Shown: positions 57,230 through 64,000 of the stretch, piece by piece | How positions within the stretch are numbered: position 1 is the stretch's first letter | How the letters are laid out: each line of letters begins with the position of its first letter | Assembly (NCBI GenBank): GCA_904063045.1 | Contig: CAJFCJ010000013.1 | Coordinates: 664,156-728,155, forward strand | DNA length: 64,000 nucleotides | Source: Dimorphilus gyrociliatus | Lineage: Eukaryota; Animalia; Annelida | Direction of reading: 5' to 3' | Notes under the pieces: model-generated | Told to the model about the DNA's origin: nothing | The model's input: the letters and a program-made list of their open reading frames with translations, nothing else | The model's database searches: none | Made by a program: the position numbers and the translations under genes

Positions 57230-60200
57230 ATATTTTAGTATATATATATATTGTTGCGAATGAATCTAGCTAGTAATTGAAGAGAAAATGCTAATTGTTA
57301 AAGATCACGCAAAATATTTTAAGAAAGCGTATTTGGGAAGTATTTGTCATTTCATGTTGTTCTCTAGTACTCGACGATTTCTCGTAAGTTCATAGAAGTG
57401 ATGAACGACTACAATAAGGCGCAAATCGAATACAGAGAAGGGTGTAAAAAAAGAATTCAGCGTCAAATGGAAATTAGTAAGAAAATTATTTATTACTTTT
57501 TTATAACTTTTTGCTTCTTTTTTTTACTTTGATTTGAATTTTTTTTATCTTTTTTTTTTAAAAAAAAAAAAGTTGATTTAAATTGCCTCTTACCTTGTAC
57601 ACGCCATCGGTTTACGACTATTAACTCATGCGAAAAATATAATGGTGACATATGTAGAATAATAAATATCTAATATTTTATGTATATCCTTGACTATTAT
57701 ATTACTTAACTACTATATATTTAAATTTTAATCGTTGGGTGAATGCGTATATGATTATGAAAAAGAAACACGTTGTAAAATAAGCTGTAGCATGACGATC
57801 GTTGTTTGAAATATTATGCGTGAATTTAGCTCTCGGTATAAGTATAAGGAAATGTGCCCTCTTCAAGAAAACCCAATCCAATTAAGGGTAATAAAATTTG
57901 CAAAATTATTACTAAGAAGTACTAAGTTGAAATACGAATATGAAAAGAATATTAACAGAAAATACAATAAGGAATAAATAAATTTAGGATTGATTCATTG
58001 ATTCAAATTGTGTCTACCACCAGGTTGTTATGATAGAGATGCTTCTCTTATGAATATTTATTATAGCAAGTTTCATTAATTCCAGAGTTACCAATATTGT
58101 TTATTGAAACAATACTTTCATATATATACAAATTTGTTTGTATATATGCCAAATTTACTTAAAATACATATATATATATATTTATATATGTTGATTCGAA
58201 GGATAACTTTGCAGCATGCCACATTGTCCCGTAAATTCGTGGAAGTGATGAATGACTACAATGCGTGCCAGATTGAATACAGGCAAAAGTGCAAAAAGCG
58301 TATTCAACGTCAGCTCGAGATTAGTAAGGACAACGTTTACATATTGCTAAGCATTTCACAAAAAATACTGTTGTTGTTAGCTGGTGAAAGATGCTTTCTT
58401 TTGAGTACAGCCCGTACTATTTATATATGCTTATAGCCCTTAAATATTTATCATCCACCATCTAGCAACTAAGGTGGTTTGTAAAAAAAACCGCGTTGCT
58501 CGTTGGATATCAATGTATTTGTTGTACAACGCGATTTTTGATTACTAACAAGAACGGATGAAGATTTCAGTAGTTTTTAATTCCTCGTACATATCATTCG
58601 ATGGTTTTAACTTAAAAGGCTTTGTTTGGGGCGTGTTGTGAACGCTTTGAAAAATTATGTTGTGTGACTGAGTCGGAGTATTTTGGAAATCGCATGACAA
58701 GCGCGTCCTATGACTCCGTTGAGCCGTAGATGTATGTTTCCCTAAAACTTTAAATCATCTCTTTTTTTCTCTCTCTTTCTTTCTCTCTCTCTCTCTTTCT
58801 CTTTATCTTTTTCTCTTTTTCTCTCGCTATCTACAAAAACTTTTTTTAAATTTTATTTTAAAAGTCGGCTGAACGGTTTCTTCGGACTAATCTAGGTGGC
58901 GTGTCATTGATATTGTGTTGCCTAAATATCATTATATTATTATTATTATTTTCATTATTATTTCTCTTTTTTTTTCCTAACACCGATTAAGTGAAATTTT
59001 GTAAAAGTGTTGTTCTAAAATATAGCCGGAAAGGCAACGACGAACGAAGAGCTAGAAGACATGTTAGAATCTGGAAATCCAACTATATTTTCCCAAGGCA
59101 TAATTATGGAGACGCAACAAGCTAAACAATCTTTGAAAGACATCGAAGCTAGACATAACGATATTATTAAATTAGAAAACAGTATTAAGGAATTACACGA
59201 TATGTTTATGGACATGGCCATGTTGGTTGAAAGTCAGGTGCTGTCAATAACGGATTTTAATTTAATTAATATCCATTATCACATTCCTTTTTCATATCAA
59301 CTTTTTAGGGAGAAATGATTGACAGGATAGAGTATAATGTGGATCAATCTGTCGACTACATAGAGACGGCCAAAAAAGATACCAAAAAGGCTGTCAAGTA
59401 TCAGAGTAAAGCAAGACGGGTACGTATTATTTTCTATATAGATATTCTTTAAATTTTGTCCTGCAAGAATATTACTATTAGATATGCATTGCAAAAACTT
59501 TCTATTAGATAAACAGATAATGTTGTAAATATTTTTCTTTTTTTTTTTAAATTCAATTTTTATTCCAAATTTTTTTTTTTTAAATAACTTTAGTATTAAA
59601 ATTCTTTATTTTTTTTTATTACCCACTCTGTTATATTTTATACATATCCTCCTTCATTAGATGAAGATATGTATTATAATTACTGTTTTGGTTGTTCTTG
59701 CCATAATCGCACTTATTATTGGTCTTTCTGTGAGAAAAAGAAAATAACAATATTAACCATATAATAAGGTATTAACAGTGTATAAACGCTTTAAAACATA
59801 ATTTTTGCTAATTTTGATCATAAATTAATTTCGTTTTTAAATAATTATGTTGATCAGTATCGAAGAGAATAATTGATTTTGTTTCATAAAAAAGAAATCA
59901 GAAATAACTGTTTCTTTTCGCTTTAAAATGCCTAGAAAGAAAGAAAAAAAACAAATTTATTAAAACATTAAAAACAAAAAGTAATCACTTAGCTAAGCTA
60001 AAGTAGATTTTTTGTTTTGATAGAAAAAGGAAAATTCTTAATTGAGAAAGTTATTTTTTTATTTCAATATTCTTTTTATTTCTTTTTCAGAAGCTGATTT
60101 GTATTATCGTCTTAGTTATTGTCATATTAGCTATAATAGCAATTATTCTGGCCGTCTCACTATCATAAATCTCTTCCCCCCCCTCACTATTGGTCAAGAG

Positions 60201-60497
60201 ACAGTTATAGGAAGAGTTTTTTTCTCTATTTTGTATTGTATTATCATGCGTTTCCCGCGCGTGATTGACAGCCAATTTTTTAATATCCTATTTACCTTTT
60301 CTATTCGTATCTTATTTCCTTATGCTGTTAAAATATACACTTGCCTGTGTTTGTCAAAAGAGGCCTATAAAGCAACAATGCCTCTTTAAAAAAAAAGCGA
60401 CTCTCTATGCGTTCTTAATTCAATTGACTGCACTATTTTTTTTACTTTTCTTAAAGTTATGTTGTCTGCCAGCTTTAAACTACTGCATCATATATGC

Positions 60498-60532
<35 letters not shown>

Positions 60533-61015
60533 AAAGCGTATTGTGAGATTGCCAAGTGTAAACTTTAAAGCTTTATATGCTTAAAATAATATGGATTATT
60601 ATTTATAATTATTTTTTATAGGTTATCAATTTTGTAATGTTCATATAGGTTGTCAAAGGTTATTAATACCATTGTAGGCTAGAGGTTGTTTGACAGTGCC
60701 ATGACTTTTTCTCGGCTATTAATAGTTAAAGAATTTTTAGTAATATATACATATAACGAAACCAAAAATCTACTATTTACTTAGTATTCTTTGTAACTAC
60801 TTAAAGAATTTCTCTTTTCTTTTTCTATGAAATGTAGATAATAGATAAAAAAATTTAATTATGCAAATTTATGCGAAAGAAAGAAAAAGCTAATAACAGT
60901 AAATTGTAGTTTTTTCTAAAAGTAAAAAAAAAAGGAAGGTTTTGGTTACTGCTTGAAAAGTGCGTGATACTTAATATACTTGGCTTCTACAATACGTATT
61001 AGTAATTTTTGTGTA

Positions 61016-61046
<31 letters not shown>

Positions 61047-61311
61047 ATATATATGTATATATATATATCGACCGACCTTTATAAAAATGTGAATTATTAT
61101 ATACTATATATTTAAATATTTATTTGGATTGCCTGGAGCTTTCGTTGTTTTTTTTTTTTTTTTGGTATAATTAAGAACGTGTGTTAAGTTATTTTCGAAT
61201 GCCAAATTCACGTATTGTGCACATGTATACATTCCCTGAAAAAAAAAATTTAGCAGGAAACTGTATAGCCTAGGAAATTTTTTATAGTCGGAGCGCTTTG
61301 TTTTATATTCA

Positions 61312-61352
<41 letters not shown>

Positions 61353-61723
61353 ACCGTATTTTATAAACGAATACGGCATTTAACCGTTAATATTTGTTGA
61401 TTTGTTTACTGAATAAACTATTATTATATGGTCACAATATATTCAATTTTTTTTATATAGATGTTTCAATCATTTTTTGTTTTGTTGTTATTATTTTTTT
61501 CGCATGACGAATGCATCATCGTATTTTAGAAACTTACTGTCTTCACTTTTCCCTTTTTGAGGTAAAATTTGAATTAAATGTTTTACGGGTTTTTCATTAA
61601 CTTTACTAACAAACGTTTTGTTTATTATTTGTCTTTTTACAGAAGAAAATTTTGATTTTAATCTGCTTAGCGGTGTTGGTTGTAGTAATTTGTGCTACAT
61701 TCGGAGGTGTCTTCGGAGGCTAG
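54370..61723 (+). CDS. STX1: Syntaxin-1 with a duplicated mutually exclusive Hc exon and three alternative TM terminal exons
   Basis: Exons 54370-54399 ([10 protein letters not shown]), 54892-54978 (FMDEFFEQ), 55549-55654, 55714-55788, 56150-56223 (ADLRIRKTQ), [57368-57476 | 58215-58323], 59026-59237 ([32 protein letters not shown]), 59309-59419, [59661-59747 | 60091-60168 | 61643-61723]. Confidence 0.97.
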
Positions 61724-63774
61724 AAGATCTCAAGTGCTTGCATGGACATTGCGCTCAAAACTAAGTGAATCTTCTTTCCTGTATTCTGTTCACTATAAAT
61801 GCACAAAAATGTTTCTCTCTTGCTCGAAACTTAAACGGGGGCAGTATTATAAAGGAAAACGTTCTTTTTAACGTGCCTTCGTTTTTATCATGTCTCCTAC
61901 AATTATTCGAGCAAGATTGAAAAAAGACTTTAGGAATTTGGTAGTAGTTTGAGCAATTCAAAGTAGCAAATTTTTTCTGTGAACCAGTCATCGATTTAAT
62001 TTTTTCTTTTTATAGAGCAATTTCTGCCTACAACATGCAATGCTGTAGCAATACTTAACCTTCTTAGGATTTTACTTGTACATACTATTGTGTGCTGTTT
62101 GAATGTAAATAAGTTTCTAATTAATGTATTAACTGTACTTAGCTGTGTATAACTTTTCTAGAACTTGCGAATTAGATATTTAACGGATTTAAATTTAAAA
62201 ACAAATAACAAAAAAAACGAGTGAAAGCTAATAAATTTTACTTATTAGCTTTGACTGTCTGAAGCACACTTCTTAGGTCTTAGCTTCTGCAAATATGCTA
62301 AACAGAAAAAGAATTGTACATACATTTGTTAATGTCATATGCACTAAAGTTAGATACCTCATTTTTACCTTATACTTTTAATTAATAATTTGAAATTAAG
62401 TAAAGATTAGAGAAAATTAGAATAAGAAATCCATTGTCAAAAAAAAAAAACAAAAACACTAAAAAGATGAAAAGTATAATATTACATATTCATAGAAATC
62501 TTGGAAAATAACTTAATTTGTTCTTTTCTTTTTATGTTTTGCTTCATAAAGATATTATTCATTTGTTATGTACCATAGATACTTCAAGTTAAAGAAATTA
62601 TTCAGTTTTTAACCAGTATATCTGTGGTATATTTATTTTCAAAGTCTGTGATAGAGCGGTTTATTTTGTTATTAAAGATGTATCAGTTTAATCAAATGTA
62701 TTCCAAAACCTGTATACTATTATACAATTTCATGCATACTAAAAACTTTGATCTGTTTTATGATTTCTTTTTGTTTGTTTGTTTGTTTATCAATCTATCA
62801 AATCAAAATCTATCTCGTTATGAAGTGTAAAAAGTGAAAAAAGAGTGTTTTTATTTTTTTTCTTTTTTAGTGTCAAAGTATTCTTTTTTAACGATTCTGC
62901 TTTGTTTATTCGTTCGCTAGCTAATCTGTTTATTTGTTTGTTTCCTTTTACTCTGCAAAGATGCTTTCAGTTCGGGCAAAAACCTTTGTTTTTTTTTTAT
63001 TTTTTGGATTCCTTTTTACTTCAAACTTATAACCGAAAGAAAATAATGCACACAAAACACAGTAATATATACACATAAAAAGGGAAGAAAAGCTATTTTC
63101 TTCCTTTTTTAAGTCAGAATACATGGTCATAAGCTAAAAATCTCTTATCTATCTTTAATGAAAGGTTTTAGCTATCTGAACTGGTTTATCGTTTCTCCAA
63201 AAAAAAAAAAAATAATGGTCAATAACCGTGTTTATTATCCACGTTTTATTCTTACTATGATTATTATTATTTTTATTATTATCTCTTTTTGTATATTGTG
63301 TGGGGGACAAGTAGAAATTTAGCAGTTCAACGTATTCCCTATGCCTTTAACTTTCAAATAAAGGAAATCTAGAATACGCAGCTTTGAAAAAGAAAATTAC
63401 TAAACGTTTATTATTTTTATTTAGCATTTAATATATTCAATAATACGAAAGTTGAATAGGTGAAACTATATACTATGGAATGTAAATCTCTGTTAATCAT
63501 TACGTGACGGATTGCGAATTGATTATATTTTGACAGCCTATATTTTCTGATGCAATTCCTCTGGACGGAACCTTTTTTTATATTATTACGACGAGGAATT
63601 TATTTATCTAATAAATTGACTATAATAACTTAAATAATTTTTTCCCAATTATTATAAATTATTAAATGTATATAATGGTCGAGTTTTCCCCATATTTTGC
63701 TGAATATAAGTTAGAACTATTTTTCGGAATTCCGGAAGTACGTCATAATAACCTTTCATGAGTCATTTTCAAGA

Positions 63775-63961
63775 ATGAACGTAGAAGGAAAAGGACATGT
63801 TACATTAAAATCATCTGATATGGCTTTGTTTGGTGAAGAAATAGCAAAATATATATTAGTTAATCCTGATTGTACAACAAATAAACCTTATTTTGAAGAA
63901 TTAATCGAAAAATTTGCCGAGGATCCTGATTTCGTCCAAAATCAAATACGTCATCAGCTTG
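63775..63961 (+). CDS. First coding exon of an unidentified gene running off the window
   Basis: ATG 63775, MNVEGKGHVTLKSSDMALFGEEIAKYIL...IRHQL, probable GT donor at 63961. ETS-like CCGGAAGT and AP-1-like TGAGTCA lie just upstream. Confidence 0.65.
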
Positions 63962-64000
63962 GTTGGTTTTAATATGACTACATTTATAACGACTTTGTTT

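Noticed and set aside
60621-60649. Possible fourth syntaxin terminal exon (VINFVMFI*)
   Set aside because: Too short to span a membrane and lacks the K/M-K-I start shared by the three real TM exons.

Overview
AT-rich eukaryotic (metazoan, probably spiralian invertebrate) genomic DNA with densely packed genes and very short introns (mostly about 55-70 nt). This style resembles compact genomes such as the annelid Dimorphilus gyrociliatus, which is an unverified inference. Genes rebuilt by hand from GT-AG boundaries and phase checks: TLCD3/FAM57, IFT22/RABL5, an intronless divergent 14-3-3, MOB2, a smoothelin-like CH protein, a GAS2-like protein, a secreted ITIH-like protein, SERCA, neuferricin/CYB5D2, a DUF1057-like alpha/beta-hydrolase and syntaxin-1. 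There are also four orphan genes with N-terminal two-helix hydrophobic segments and two partial genes at the window edges. The most striking feature is isoform diversification by internal exon duplication. SERCA has two separate pairs of duplicated, frame-obligate mutually exclusive exons (start of the N-domain; luminal loop L7-8 plus M8) and two alternative C-tails, with competing complementary intronic elements around the second pair. Syntaxin-1 has a duplicated Hc-helix exon pair and three alternative transmembrane terminal exons. Other highlights are a 14-3-3 with a degenerate phosphopeptide pocket, a probable pseudo-hydrolase, GAS2-like splice choices that would toggle its SxIP-type motif or remove its cytoskeleton-binding domains, and 11 copies of TATA-CAG/CTG-TATA resembling Tc1/mariner excision footprints. 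No rRNA, tRNA or CRISPR array was recognised.
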